Of a DNA stretch of 64,000 nucleotides, positions 29,401-43,637 are shown piece by piece. The stretch covers positions 20,792,417 through 20,856,416 of the forward strand of contig CM119270.1 in the NCBI GenBank assembly GCA_051294375.1. The letters run 5' to 3'. Position numbers and translations under genes: made by a program. Origin of the DNA: Paraspadella gotoi (taxonomy: Eukaryota; Animalia; Chaetognatha). The notes under the pieces are model-generated. The model was not told the DNA's origin, did no database searches, and was given only the letters and a program-made list of their open reading frames with translations. Every line of letters starts with the position of its first letter. Positions within the stretch are counted from its first letter, which is position 1.

Positions 29401-32400
29401 AACAAAAAAACCAAAGGAAAAATAAAGAAGAAAAGGTCAACAATGAAAAAGAAGTAAAAAAAAAAGGATGAGAAAAATAATATATTAACTAATTGAACTA
29501 GTTATATTGTCACTTGCAAAAAAATTAAAAAGAAGATATCTCCCATTTGAGATCGACACTCTCACCTTGATGAATCTTGTTCATAAAGCCTCCCCTCATT
29601 GCGTCGATGGTGTAAACTGCTTTTTAGGAAACTCGGAGGCGGCGCGCGATTCGTTCTCGTTCCACGACGTCGACACTTAGACCGTGCCTCTAAAATGAGA
29701 AGTGATGAGGGAAAAAAAATGAGAAAGGTGGAGGGAAAGGAGCATGATGAGGGTGAGAAGTGATGGGGAAAAAATGAGAAGTGATTCTCGTTTAGGCAAT
29801 TAGTTTGCGATTACTAGATAGCACACAGTGTATTTTCATTCATTTTTCTAGATTTCTATTATTCGACCTCCCATTTAAAAACATTAAAATCCTAAACTAG
29901 TCCTTAAATTGATCAAACCTTAACCGCCTGTTGTACCCAAAACACCCTTGATTACTAACTTAAATTTAACATACAAAGTTTACTTACTATCTTAGAAAAA
30001 AGTTAGAAACATTATTTTTTTTAAAAGTTATTTATTCAATAAAAATAATACAAAAACATGGGTAAAACATTCTCAATATTTTGGTTATGCCCTCCCTCGG
30101 CATCGACCACTGCCCTGCAGTGCGTCTGGGCATGCTCCGCCTTTAAAGCGAATTGAGGCTACGAAGGTGAAATGTTTTTTCCACACCTTTAATGCCCGCA
30201 ATTCTTTTCAGCCCCGATGGTGATGAAGTTGTTGCGTCTTTCCCTCTTTTTTCTCAGAGCTACAATTTGCACCTTTATGAACCAAAGGATCGAGGGGCTG
30301 TCTTATTTCGGCATTAAACAAATTTAAAAAATGAAAAAAATAACTAACTCAATTTGACAATAGAAACAAATAACTCAATTACAAGAATTGTTGCGAAAAC
30401 TAAAGGCGATTTTTTCCGCTATTTTTCAGCTTGCATGGTAGCAATCTTATTTTGCCTCTCACTTCTATACGGTGTGGATCTTACGAAAAAATGGAAGGCA
30501 AGCCAACTGAAAGAAAATTTATGTGTTAGAATCATTGAAACATCCTTTGATTTTTTAAAATCGAGCAAGTTTTCCGTAGTAGATATCCTCAATTAAAAAT
30601 CGTTTTCTAAACTTTTTTTCGTAGATAGTAAAGTCGATTTTATAATCAGATTGCAGGCTTTTTCAAAACTTTCCTCGAGCACACTGAACCCGATTATTTA
30701 AAAAAAAAAATTTCTAAGAAACGAGTAATTTCTTAGGAAATGTAATCGGTGTTATAAGAAACCGGTCGTTTCCCCTCCATCCATTTCTTGGAGACACGTC
30801 GCACTGAATGAGTGTTTTCTCCTCTGTTTTTGTTTTTCCGCCCTAGAATTATTTATGGCTCGCAATTTGTTCGGAAGCGATCCGCAACGGCGTCGCGCGG
30901 GACGCGATTTTGCGGGACGCGACGCGCCAGACTCGTCGCGGAAGTCGCGCATTAGTAAAACGCTGTTTATTCTCCTCGACTCTTCGTACCTCTTTTGGGT
31001 GCGTGAGGTGGGGGAAGCATGGAATGGGTTGGGACGGGTAGGAAGCACTGCGCCCATGGAGTGGGTCGATAGCCGGATTTTAAAAATTAATTTTTAAAAA
31101 TAATTTTTTTTTAGAAAATCCCTGGTCTACTTACTTAAAATGATAAATTAAATAAAAATAAAAAAATAAACTTTAAAAAAAGAAAACAACTTGGCCTTTA
31201 CGAAAAAAAACTGTTTGTAAATACCCGTTAAGCTTACTACCAAAGGTTGTCAACTGAAAAACGTGGAACAACTCTCTCGGAATTTTTTTTTTTTTTCGTT
31301 ACTGATATCTATCTTAGGAAAAGAGTAATAGGTGATTAAAACGGGTGACTTCCTATGAGATTTATTTGTAAATGTGATTTTGTAATCTTTGTGGATCAGT
31401 GATTACTTAAAGCCTCGTTCCAAGTCCGTAACCGTGTGCTGGGATAACTGCGATCTTAGTAACTATAATTTATCCCATCCTGAAGCGCACTAAGCAGTTT
31501 AATTGACTGGTTACTGCCCAAAAAATATATTTGCGCATCGGATTTCAAACCAAAAATTTCAAAAATTTTCAAATCCATTTTGAATGTGAACCTGCGACAT
31601 CACTTTAATCGTTGGCATTTCTTAATAAGAAGCCATCTGCCATCGTGTGGAGCCATTTTGGGTCTCCACCAATTGAGATTAGTTCCATTCCGGATTCTTG
31701 TCGATTGTTCTTGAAGTTTTGAATGGCTCTGCGATGCGATTTTTATCGAAGCCACTTCACTCATAACTTTAGCAGTTCTCCTCCAAAGCCAACTTCATCA
31801 CTCCCTTCAACGCTCACTTCAGCACTCCTTTCAACGCTCACTTCAGCACTCCTTCAACGCTCACTTCAGCACTCCCTTCAACGCTCACTTCAGCACTCCT
31901 TCAACGCTCACTACAGACCACTCCCTTCAACGCTCACTTCAGCACTCCTTTCAACGCTCAACTTCAGCACTCCTTCAAACGCTCACTTCAGCACTCCTAT
32001 TCAAGCTCACATCAGCACTCCCTTCAACGCTCACTTCAGCACTCCCTCAACGCTCACTTCAGCACTCTCTTCAACGCTCACTTCAGCACTCCTTCACGGC
32101 TCACTTCAGCACTCCTTTTCAACGCTCTTGCATCACCCCATGCTGATCACACGGCATTGCCTCCTATCTCATACGCTCACGTTCAGCACTCCCTTTCAAC
32201 GCTCACTCAGCTATCTCCTTTCAAACGCTCACTTCAGCTCACTCCCTGCTACACGGCTTCACTTCATCACCTCCTCAACGCTCACTACAAGCACATCGCC
32301 TCAACGTCTCACTTTCAGCAGCTCCTTCAACGCTAACATTCAGCACTCCCTTTCAACTCTCACTTCAGCACCATCCTCTTCAACCGCTCCACTTCAGCAC

Positions 32401-35400
32401 TTCCCTTCACGCTCAACATTCAGCATTCCCTTCAACGCTCATCTTCAGCATCCTTTACAACGCTCACTTCAGCATCTCCCTTCAACGCAATCACTTTCCG
32501 CACTCCGTTCATACGCCTCACTTCAGCACCTGCTCCTTCAACGCTCACTTCAGCACGTCCTTTCAACAGCGTTGAAGGGAGTGCTGAAGTGAGCGTTGAA
32601 GGGAGTGATGAAGTTGGCTTTGGAAGGAATGCTAAAGTTATGAAGATTGGAAGTGGCTTCGGATAAAAATCGCATCGCAGAGGATTCAAACTCAAGAAAC
32701 GAAATCGGATCAGCGACTCGAGTAAAATCCGCCGGAATCGGAATGGAACTCTCTCATTGGTGGAGACCCAAATGGCTCCAGCCAATGAGCAGATGGGCTT
32801 CCTTATTAAAGAAATCCAACGATTATAGTGATTCGCAGGTTCACATTCAAAATGGATTTTGAAAATTTTGAAATTTTTGGTTTGAAATCCGATCGCCAAA
32901 ATATATTTTTGGGCAGTAACCAGTCAATTAACTGCTTAGGCGCTTCATGGGATAAATATAGTTACTAGAATCCGTACCCAGCAACGGTTACGGACTTGGA
33001 ATCAGGCTTTAGTAATCACTGATCACAAGATTACAAAATCACATTTCACAAATAAATCCATCAAGGAATCACCCGTTTTATCAACCTATTCAATCTGTTT
33101 CCTAAGATAGATATCAGGAACGAAAAAAAAAAAAATTCCGAGAAAGTTGTTCCAATTTTCAGTTGACACCTTTGGGTAGTGCATGGGGTATTTTAACTTT
33201 TTTTCGTAGGCCAGTTGTTTTTTTTTATATTATTTTTTTTATTTTTTTTTAATTTATCATTTAAGTAAGTAGACAGGGATTTCTAAAAAAAAATTATTTT
33301 TAAAATTATTTTTAAAATCGGCTATCGACCCACCCATCCCATGCTCCTACCCGTCCCAACCCATTCATCTTCCCCCCCCCACCCAAGAGACGAGAGTCGA
33401 GGGAAATAAACAGCGTTTTACTATCGCGACTCCGCGACGAGTCTGCGTCGCGTCCGCATCGCGTCCGCGACGCGTTCGGATCGCTTCCGCCAAAATTGCG
33501 AGGCATAAATAATTCCAGGGCGGAAAACAAAAACAGAGAGAAAACATCAATTCAGTGCGACGTTGTCTCCAGAAATGGAGGAGGGGAAACGACCGTTTCT
33601 TATACACGATTCATTTCCTAGAAATACTCGTTTCTTAGAATTTTTTTTTTTTTTAAATTCGGGTTCAGTGTGACTCGAGGAAGTTTGAAAGCTCAATCTG
33701 ATTATAAAATCGACTTTTAAATAAACTTTTATGTTAAATTTAAGTTAGTATCAAGGGTGTTTTGGGTACACAGCGGTTAAGGTTGAATCAATTTAAGGAC
33801 TAGTTTAGGATTTTGAATGTTTTTAAANNNNNNNNNNNNNNNNNNNNNNNNNNNNNNNNNNNNNNNNNNNNNNNNNNNNNNNNNNNNNNNNNNNNNNNNN
33901 NNNNNNNNNNNNNNNNNNNNNNNNNNNNNNNNNNNNNNNNNNNNNNNNNNNNNNNNNNNNNNNNNNNNNNNNNNNNNNNNNNNNNNNNNNNNNNNNNNNN
34001 NNNNNNNNNNNNNNNNNNNNNNNNNNNNNNNNNNNNNNNNNNNNNNNNNNNNNNNCCATCACTTCTCACCCTCTCATCTCCATTCCCTCACTTCTCATTT
34101 TTTCCCCATCACTCCTCATTTTAGAGGCACGGTCTATGTCGACGTCGTGGACGAGAACGAATGGGCGCCCGAGTTTCCTCAAAGCAGTTACACCATCGAC
34201 GCCAATGAAGGAAGGCTTTATGACAAGATTCTTCAGGTGAGATTAAAACGTTGAGTCGGATCTCAAATGGGAGATATCTTCTTTTTTATTTTTTTTGCAA
34301 TGACATATAAATAGTTAATTAGTTTAATATATTATTTTTCTCTTCTTTTTTTTTTACTCTTTTCATTGTTGACTTTTCTTCTTTATTTTCCTTTGTTTTT
34401 GTTTTTTTCCTTTTTTTGCTCTTTTTTTTTCTTTTTCTCTTTTTCTTTTGCTTTTTTTTCTCTTTTCTTTTCTTTTCATTCTTTGTATACTTTCTTTACT
34501 TTATTTATTTCCTCTTTGCTTTTATCTCTTCTCTTTTTCTTTTTATTCTTTCCTTTCTTATTTCCTTTCTCGCTGTCCTTTCCTTTATTTTTTCCTCCAT
34601 TTCTTTAATTCTCTTTCTTTCCTTTCCTCCCTTTAATTCCTTTCCTCCCTTTTTTCACTTTCCTTCCTTCCTTTCCTTCATTTCTTTCCTTTCCTCCTTT
34701 TCCTCCTTTTCCTTTCTTTCAGGTCAAAGCCTCGGACCGAGACTGTTCTCCCGATTTCGGCGACGTTTGTGGATACGAAATCGAAACTCCGGGAGAACCC
34801 TTTCACATCGACAGTTATGACTTATTTTTTTTTTTATTTTTTTTTTTATTTAGTCATTTAAGTAAGTAGAGACAGGTGATTTCTAAAAAAAATTATTTTT
34901 TAAAAAATTATTTTTAAAATTCTGTTGTCTATCGACCCACCAACATGCCATGTCTCGCTACCAAAGCGTCCAAACGCCATTCATCTTCCCCCCGCCACAC
35001 CAAGAGACGAAGAGTCGAGGGAAATAAACCAGCGAGGTTTTACTAATCGCGACTCCGCGACGAGTCTGCGTCGCGTCCGCATCGCGAACCGCGACGCGTT
35101 CGGATCGCTTCCAAAAAATTTGCGAGGCATAAATAATTCCAGGGCGGAAAACAAAAAAAAACATCAATTCAGTGCGTTAGATTGTCTCCAACAGAAATGG
35201 AGGAGGGGAAACGACCGTTTCTATATACAACGATTCATTTCCTAGAAATACATCGTTTTCTTAAAAAATTTTTTTTTTTTTAAAAAAAATTCGGAGAGTC
35301 GTGTGACTCGAGGCAGTCTTGAAAGCTCAATCTGATCTATAAAATCGACCATTATTAACGTAAACTTTTATTTAAAAATTTAAGTTAGTATAAAGGGTAA

Positions 35401-36418
35401 TAATTGGGTACACAGCGGTTAAGGTTGAAATGAATTTAAGGACCATTTTAGGATTTTTGAAATTTGTTTTTTAAATGGAGGTCGAATAAAGAAATCTAAA
35501 AAATGAAATGAAATCACGTATCGGTGATTTCTAGTACTAAACTAAAATGCCTAACGAAATCACTTTTCAAATTTTTCCCCAATCACTTCTCACCCTCTCC
35601 ATCCTCCATTCCCCTCACTTCTCATTTTTTCCCCATCAACTCCTCATTTTAAGAGGGGCAGCGGTCTATATGTTCGACGTCGTGGAACTCGAGAACGAAG
35701 GGCGAGCCCGAGTTTCTCGGCGAGAGAGCAGGTTACGGAGGGCCATCGACGCCAAATGAAGGAAAGGCCTCTCATGAACAGGAGCGCGAGGTGAGCATTA
35801 AAAAGCGTTGGAGTCGGATCTGCGAAATGGGAGATATATTTCTTTTTTTTTTGGCAAATGACATATAATATATTCTTATGTAATTAGTTTTAAGTATATT
35901 ATTTTTCTCACCTTTTTTTTCTTACGTCTTTTCATTGTGTTTGACATTTTCTTCTTTATTTTCCCTCTTTGTTTCTGTTTTTTTCCTTTTTTTTGCTCTT
36001 GTTTGTTTTTATCTTTTTCATTTCTCTTTTTCTATTGCTTTTTTTTTCTCTTTTCTTTTCATTTTCATTCTTTGCAGTAACTTCTTACTTTATTTATTTC
36101 CTCTTTCTGCATTATTATGTCCTCTACTCTCGGTTTTTCTTTTATTCTTTCCTTTCCTTTATTTCGCGTTTCTCCGCTGGCCGCTTGCGCGGATTTTTGT
36201 CCATCCATATTTCTTTTAGAGCGCGTCTTCGATTTCCTCCCTGAGAGGTTCCTTCTCCTTTTTTCACTTTCCTTCCTTCCTTTCCTTATCATTAGTCTCC
36301 TCTTTTTCTTCTTATGTTCTATAAGTCATCGGAACCCGACCGAGACTAAACGATTTCGGCGACGGTTTTGTGATACGAAACGACAACTCGGGAGAAACCC
36401 TTTCAGCATCGACAGAGA

Positions 36419-36508
<90 letters not shown>

Positions 36509-38905
36509 NNNNNNNNNNNNNNNNNNNNNNNNNGAGAGAGAGAGAGAGAGATACTGTTAAAGCGCTGTCTCTTCTTTCAGGTCAAAAATTTAAAAAATTT
36601 GGGTAAAAAATTTGCTTCGCTCATGAATTCGCATGTTTTTGTAATGAATAAGCGGGAAAAAAAAGCTTTTTTCAAAAAAATTATGTATCGGGGGAACAAT
36701 ATTGTTGTTTTTTTTGTGAATGAATTAGTGTCAAACAAAACATTTTTGTTTTTCCCTCGAGGGACAAAAATGTCGTGGGTCAACTCGACTCGAACTCAAA
36801 ACGAGTTTCCCAAGATTAAACTTGACGTTTGCCTTTTGTTTCCTCCTAATATTTCTCATTTTTTGGATGTTGTCTAGAGGGAGCGAGCTTAAAAGAACTA
36901 TTTGTTTTTGTTTTTTTAAAAATTTTTTGTTATTGTTTTTGTTAGTATTTGTGCTCTTTTTAGTATTTAGATCAGCATTTACGGTATTTTGCTCGTCCTT
37001 TTGTGGTCGCATGCTTCGTTTTTTTGGGTTCCAGCCTCCCAGATAGAACTTACTTTGCAAGCCCCACCCGGGAGAGGTCGCCCTTACCTGTAAATCAGTA
37101 GGGTTCATCATTCCATTTCCCTTTTAAAACATTTACCGATCAACGATTTTGGCCGGTCATTGCCACCCGCCCGGTCCGAGGTCACTCTTCTTCGATGGGT
37201 CATTCCACTCCGTTTTCATCCTACGATCAACTCTTTACCAACCCTTCTTCCCTTCCCTTACCCCTTCCCTCTCTCTTCTACCCCTATCGTCGCTAGGCAA
37301 CTTGAAAAACACTGAAGAACTCGATTGGAACAAAAAGCGTAACCATATTCTCGCTGTCGTTGCGTTCGATTGCGCTCAAAGACGAGGACCGCAGGCGATG
37401 GTTAACATCATCGTAAACAGGTATTTGGTTGTTTTTTTTTTCTTTGTCCTCTTTTGTTTTGTTTACTTTTTTTGTTATTTGTTTTGTTATTCGTCGTCAT
37501 TGTCACTGTTTCCAACGAAGCCCGTTCCCTCCAAAAAAAGAGAACACAATCGGTATTTGAGTTCTTTGTCAACACGATATTGTCCGCGTTATTTGTTAAG
37601 GCGGACATTTTTCGTTCTCATCCGTTCATTTCTATCCAAAACACGGACATTTACCTTCACGAGCTTTAGCCCAATCTGCACCCGAAACGTTACCCAATTT
37701 ATAGCCCAAACACTGAACATTCCTAAGGCCCAAATAATGCCTTATCACCTCTAAACTTGGGCCAATTCAAGCGGGAAACATTGTCCATTCCAAATTCCTT
37801 GTCACTCATATTTTTTCACCGTGACTCGGTAATATCGTCTCCTTTAACTAAGGCGATGTGAAACCTGGATGTAAATAATATTTCATCATCACTCTTGTAA
37901 TAGTAAACATCTATTTATAAATACAATTGTTTTTTTTTAATTCCTAATATGAAGTGGATAAAAGAAATAAGTATTAAGTCTTTTCATGATCAAATCTTTA
38001 CAACACCCCTCCAACATCCCGAAGGGTGTGCCGTCCCACCTTCCGCGCTTCACGACCGCCTCGATCTACGCCCCCCGGATCTGGTCCTCATATCTCTGCT
38101 TGGCGACCACGCTCATCTGCGATCTTCTGCGACTGAGCATGCATTGTCAGGGTCGACAAGCTCACGGCTTACATTAGACCCTGGAGACAAAGCACATCGG
38201 CACAGGTGAAGAGACTCACGACGACACGACGACGAACGACGACAACGAGACGACGAGACGACGACCTACAATAAGTCGAATAACAATCCGGAATTTCATC
38301 ACATTTTTTTTCACATTTTTTGAATGTCGTTTTCCTCTCTCGTTATTCGCGAAATTAATTTCTTTTGCTTTTTTGCTTTTTGATTTTTTTTTGTCTTTTC
38401 TTTTTCTTCTTACTGTTTTCGTACCTCGTCACCATTTTTTATTTCTTCTGAGACTTTCTCTTTGTTCTCTCTAGAACTTTTTCTTTCTTTTCCCTTTTTT
38501 TTCTTCGCCTCTCTATGTTTTCTGTCATTCTTGCCTTTTCTTTTTCCGCTTCTCTTTCTACTTCTGATTGTTTCTTCACCGTACTCATACTTTTTAATTC
38601 TTCTTTTCAACTTCTCTTTTCTTCTTTTCCTCTTTCTCCTGCCTTCTCCCTTTTTTTCCCTGTTTCTCTCTTTTATGTTTCCTCTTACTTTTATCTACTT
38701 CCTTTCACGGTGGGGTTAGTCTCGTCACCCCACTCTTTCTTCTCTTTTCCTATTTCTTCTTTCTCTTTTTTCCCTCATCTTTTCATCTTTTCCCCTTGTT
38801 CCTCTTTCTCCGCTTTCTTCGTTTCTCTCTCTCTCTTCATCGTCCAATCATCTCTCTCTTCTCTCTCATCTCGTTCTCTTCTCTCTCTCCTGTCTCTCTC
38901 TCTCA

Positions 38906-38937
<32 letters not shown>

Positions 38938-40588
38938 CTCTCTCTCATCATCTCTCTCGTCTCTGATCTTTTCCCCTTCTTTTCTCTCGCTCGCTCCCGC
39001 TTTCATCTCGCTCTTCATCTAGTCATAAATCACACCCCTTTCCTTCCCCTCCCTCCCCCCTTCCCTCCCCAGGGCTGCGACCGCGACACCTACTCCATCA
39101 AATCCCAACGCAAACTCTGCCACGCCCACCCCGGCGCCGTTGATCTCCTTCCGGCGCCGGGACGGGCCGGCGGACAGGCCTGGCGCAGTGCCGGGGAGGA
39201 AGAGAGGGAGGAGGACGAGGAAGAGAGGGAGGAAGGAGGAGGAGGAGAAGATGAGATTTACGCCTTTGACGGAGAAACCAACGCAGTCGTCATTCCACAG
39301 GGGAAATTGGGTAAGGGTAAGGGCATCTTAAATATAGTTATAAATAAACTTATTACTATATATAAATATAGTTCACTGGTGCCCACTAATGTATAAAATT
39401 GAAAAAAATAAATTCACCAAACTATTTTTATTAGTTTTTATTTTTATGTTCTATATGCTAAATTTTGATTTTATAAAATTTTATTATTTTCACATCACTC
39501 TATTGGGTAAGGATGAAGTGAGTCGTGGGGAGAGAAGCGGGGTGAATTGTAGTTGAGGGGTCGGGTGAGTGGTTGGGTGTGTGGTGGGGGAATGGTGGGG
39601 TAAGGTGAAGGGTGAATGGTAGTGGAGGGGTCGGGTCAGTGGTGGGGTGAGTGGTGGGGGAATGGTAGGGTGAGGGGAAGGGTGAGTGGTGGGTGAATGG
39701 TGTGGTGAGGGGAGGGGTGATTGGTGGAGTGAGTTGTGGGTGAATGGTGGGGTTATTATGAGGTAAGGGTAGGGTGAGGGGTGGTTTTAGTGGTCGGTGA
39801 GAAGTTGGGTCAGTGGTCGGTGATGAGTAGATGAGGTCTGAATAGATGTTTTATTGTTATATAGATAAATAAATCTAAAAAAAGTGACAAAATTCATTAA
39901 TGGAGACGGTAACGTTCAAATTGCATTGATTACAAAAAAGTGAAAAATTAGCAAATATAACGTGAGAAAGTGAGAATCGTCGACGCATCTTTAGGTGTGT
40001 GTGATAATCCTTTGTGGGATCCAGTGTCAAGTGGCGATAGATAAAACAGGGAAGAGAGAGAGAGAGAGAGAGAGAGGGAGAGGATAAAAGAAGTGGATAA
40101 AAGATAAGTGGATGAACGTGATATAAAAAAGAAAAAAAAAGAAAAGAAAAGAAAAGAAAACTGGGTCTTCCTTCTTTTTATTAAGAAAAAAAAGGAAACC
40201 TCGCGAAGGTTTTGCCGAAAAGGAAAAAAAAAAACTGGGCGCTGTGGGATTCGAACCCGGTTATGAAAAATGAGGATTTCCTAGGCCGTGGGGAGTTGTG
40301 GGCTAAGGTTGTTAAAAGGAGGCTGTGGTTGAGAATTGTGGCTGTGGTAATAAAAGTGTGCAAAAGTTTGAACTGTTGAGTTGTTGAATATTTGATTTTG
40401 GAACTGTTGGAAAGTTGATCGGGGCTGAGGAGAAGTCCGCGGAGGCAAAGCTTTGGAGAAGGGCGTGGGATTGGAAGGCGTGTTGTGGAAGAAGGCGTGG
40501 GGTTGAGAGGCGTGGTTGTGGGCTTTAGGATGAAGACATGAAACATCCGTTTGATCTAAGCAAACACACTTCATTGAGAGAAAAGGAT

Positions 40589-40630
<42 letters not shown>

Positions 40631-43600
40631 GAGAAGAAGGAGAGAGAGGAGAGAGAGGAGAGAAGAAGAGAGAGAGATTAGTTCAGCCTTTTTTCTATGC
40701 GTAAAAATTTTCGACGGAAAACTGGTTTCGCGTCAAAATCAGACGATAATTCTGTCCGTCTGCCAGTGCGTCCGTCTGTCGGTTTTTCGGTTAGTCAGTC
40801 TGTCAGTCTCCTTGGAAATACTTGTTCGCAGATCCGTTCGTCGATCTATTCCCTATTTTGTTCCCCAAGTCCGTTCGCTTTCCCGTTCGCCAAGTTTGTT
40901 TTCACAACCCCGTTACTGTCAGATATCGCCCCGTTTTGAAACGCGCGGCGCGTACGTAACGACCGCGTAGCGTACATAACGCAGCGCGCTCCGTGCGAAC
41001 GGGCGTTAAGACGCAACGCGGGTCCCCGACGCGCCCTCTCTAGGTCGCGGAACGAATGATTGATTATCATCGTTATTCGGGGCGAAATAAAAAAAAAGGA
41101 AGGAAGGGGAAAAAAGAAGAAAGAAAAAAAAATCGAGTTGAAAAATAAAAAAACAAATTAAAAAAAAAATAGTGTGGCTCAAGGATTAAAATCAAAGAAT
41201 CATGTGCGCGATGAAATCCACTCCGTTTCTTCCTTTATTCTCCTTTTTTTCTCCTTTTTTTTTCCCCCTTTTTTAATTTTAGTTTATAATTTTCCTCTTT
41301 CCTATTCCGCCTTCTCGTCTAGTTTAATCATCTCCTATTTTCTTATTTACTCTCTTCCCTTCTCTCTTCCGTTTTTACCCTTTTTTCCCCTTTTTTTCCC
41401 ATTTTCCCCTTTTTTATTTTTTTTTCTTTTCTTCCTTTTCCCCTTTTTTTTCTTTTTTCCCCTTTTTTTCCCATTTTCCCCTTTTTTATTTTTTTCCTTT
41501 TCTTCCTTTTCCCCTTTTTTTTCTTTTTTCCCATTTTTTCCCTTTTTTCCCTTTTTTTCCATTTTTTTCCATTTTTTCCTCTTTTTTCCCTTTTCTACTC
41601 TTTTTTTTCCCTTTTTCCGCCTTTTTTCCCATTTTTTCTTTTTTTTCCCCTTTTTCCCCTTTTTTCCTTTTTTTCCTTTTTTCCCTTTTTTCATACGAAT
41701 CTTTTTTTACTCGAAGCAAAAAGTTAAATAAAAAAATATCGAAGTTTTTTTTTCTTTTCTCTCGATTTTAAAAAGTCGTTTACTGAACATAAATTTCTTC
41801 CTCGAACGAGATTCTCTCTTTTCTTCTTCCTTCTTTTTTTTTCTTTTTTCCTTCCTTCATTTTTATTTCTTCTCTCCTTTCTTTATTTTCTCTAATTTCT
41901 CCGTCATTTTTCTTTTCTTTTCTCCTTCCCTTCTTTTTATTCTCTTTTTTTATTCTCTTTTTCCTTCTTTATTATATTTCCTCTTCCTTCCACTTTTTTC
42001 TTCTCCTTCTTCCGTCTCTATTTTCTCCTCTCCTTCCTCCCTCTCTATTTTCTCCTCTCCTTCCTCCCTCTCTATTTTCTCCTCTCCTTCCTCCCTCTCT
42101 ATTTTCTCCTCTCCTTCCTCCGTCTTTAAAAACTCATTTCAACGACGTAAAAATCTCCTCTTTTTTTTTCTCAGCAAAACGCGAATATTTTTTCTTCTCT
42201 CATCCTTTACTCGCTCGTCCCTTGGTAATCTCTGCGGGGATTACTTTGGGGAAATCCCCCAAGGCAATCACGTTGAGCAATCTCCTTAACCAATCATATT
42301 AGGAAATCTTCTGGGGTTATCACGTCGGACTAGCCAAGCAAGTCAAGCAATCATTAATAGCTATCTTCTACAACAATCACTTGATAGGCTTTACCTTTTC
42401 CCCCGTGTCTTTCATTATTATCTTTTTAGTATGAAAGTGTACAACCGATATAAAATTATCCATTAAGCTATCTTGACCTGACTTTGGACACAATCTTGCT
42501 TTTTCACTCCCAGAGTACCTGGCTTCCTTATTAATCAAGTGATATAATATTTCAAAGAATGTTTCAATTGTATAAAGGACCACTATGTATCTTAATTCTT
42601 AAGTATTAAGTATTTAACTTTCTCGCGTATATTTTCTTTTCCATCATTCAACCTTCATTCAACTGGAATCTTTTTCCCCTAAAACTGTCAAACTCTCTTT
42701 CTTTTTCTCTTTTTTCTTATTCTTTCTTTTTCTCTTTCTCTTTTTCTTTTCTTTCCTTTCTTTTTCTCTTTTTCTTTTCTTTTTTCTTTCTTTTTCTATT
42801 TTTCTTTTTCATTTTCTTTTTTCTTTTTCTTTTCTCTTTTTCTCTTTTTTTTTCTTTTTCTCTTTTTATTTTCTCTTTCTCTTTATTTTTCTTTTTTTTT
42901 CTTTTTTCTTTCTCTTTTCTTTTCTTTTCTCTTTTTCTTTTTTTTTCTCTTTTTCTTTTCTCTTTCTCTTTCTCCTGTTCTTTTTTTTTCTTTTTCTTTT
43001 TATCTTTTTATTTATTTTTATCTTTTTTTTTTCTTTTTTCTCTTTTTATTTTATTTTCTTTTCTTCTTCTGTTTTCACTTTCTTTTTCTCTTTCTTTTCT
43101 CTCTCGGGCGAGATGACGACGAAACAGCTAAATCAAACTTGGACGACAAATCACTTTCCTCTCACTTTTCGTCCAAATCTTTTGTAAAAAAGATTCATTT
43201 TCTTATCAGTTTTTTTCTGTTTCATTTTTAAATGGAATATCACTCTTTCTTTGCCTCTTGGATATCACTTCACCATATTCTCTCTCACTTCCCTCTTTCC
43301 CAAACGGCGAATCGCCCCTCGGCAATCACTTCACCATTTTCTCTCTCTCCCCCTACCCCTCACTTCCCCAGACGGCGAATCGCCCCTCGGCAATCACTTC
43401 ACCATCTCGACCTGGATGAAGCATCAGGGTCTCCCGGGAAACCTGAAGACTCGCGTGAAGAATCGCAATAAAAATCGAGAAACGAGGGAGGAAGAGGAGG
43501 AGGAGGGGAAGGAGGAGGAGGAGGGAGAAAAAAGAGGAAGAGGAAGCAAGGGGGGAAGAGGGGGCAGGCACCCCGCGCACAAGGAACAGATTCTATGCAA

Positions 43601-43637
43601 CGCGGACGATCACGGTGAGTTATATGGAGTTAGAGTC

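Noticed and set aside
37088-37111. Minus-strand MMNPTDLQ|GTAAGG as a nested gene exon
   Set aside because: No partner exons or recognisable homology were found.
40225-40262. tRNA gene (minus-strand GGTTCGAATCCC..CCA + T-run; B-box-like motif also at ~53090)
   Set aside because: Only a T-arm/3' fragment is present, with no A box or cloverleaf; at most a SINE/tRNA remnant.
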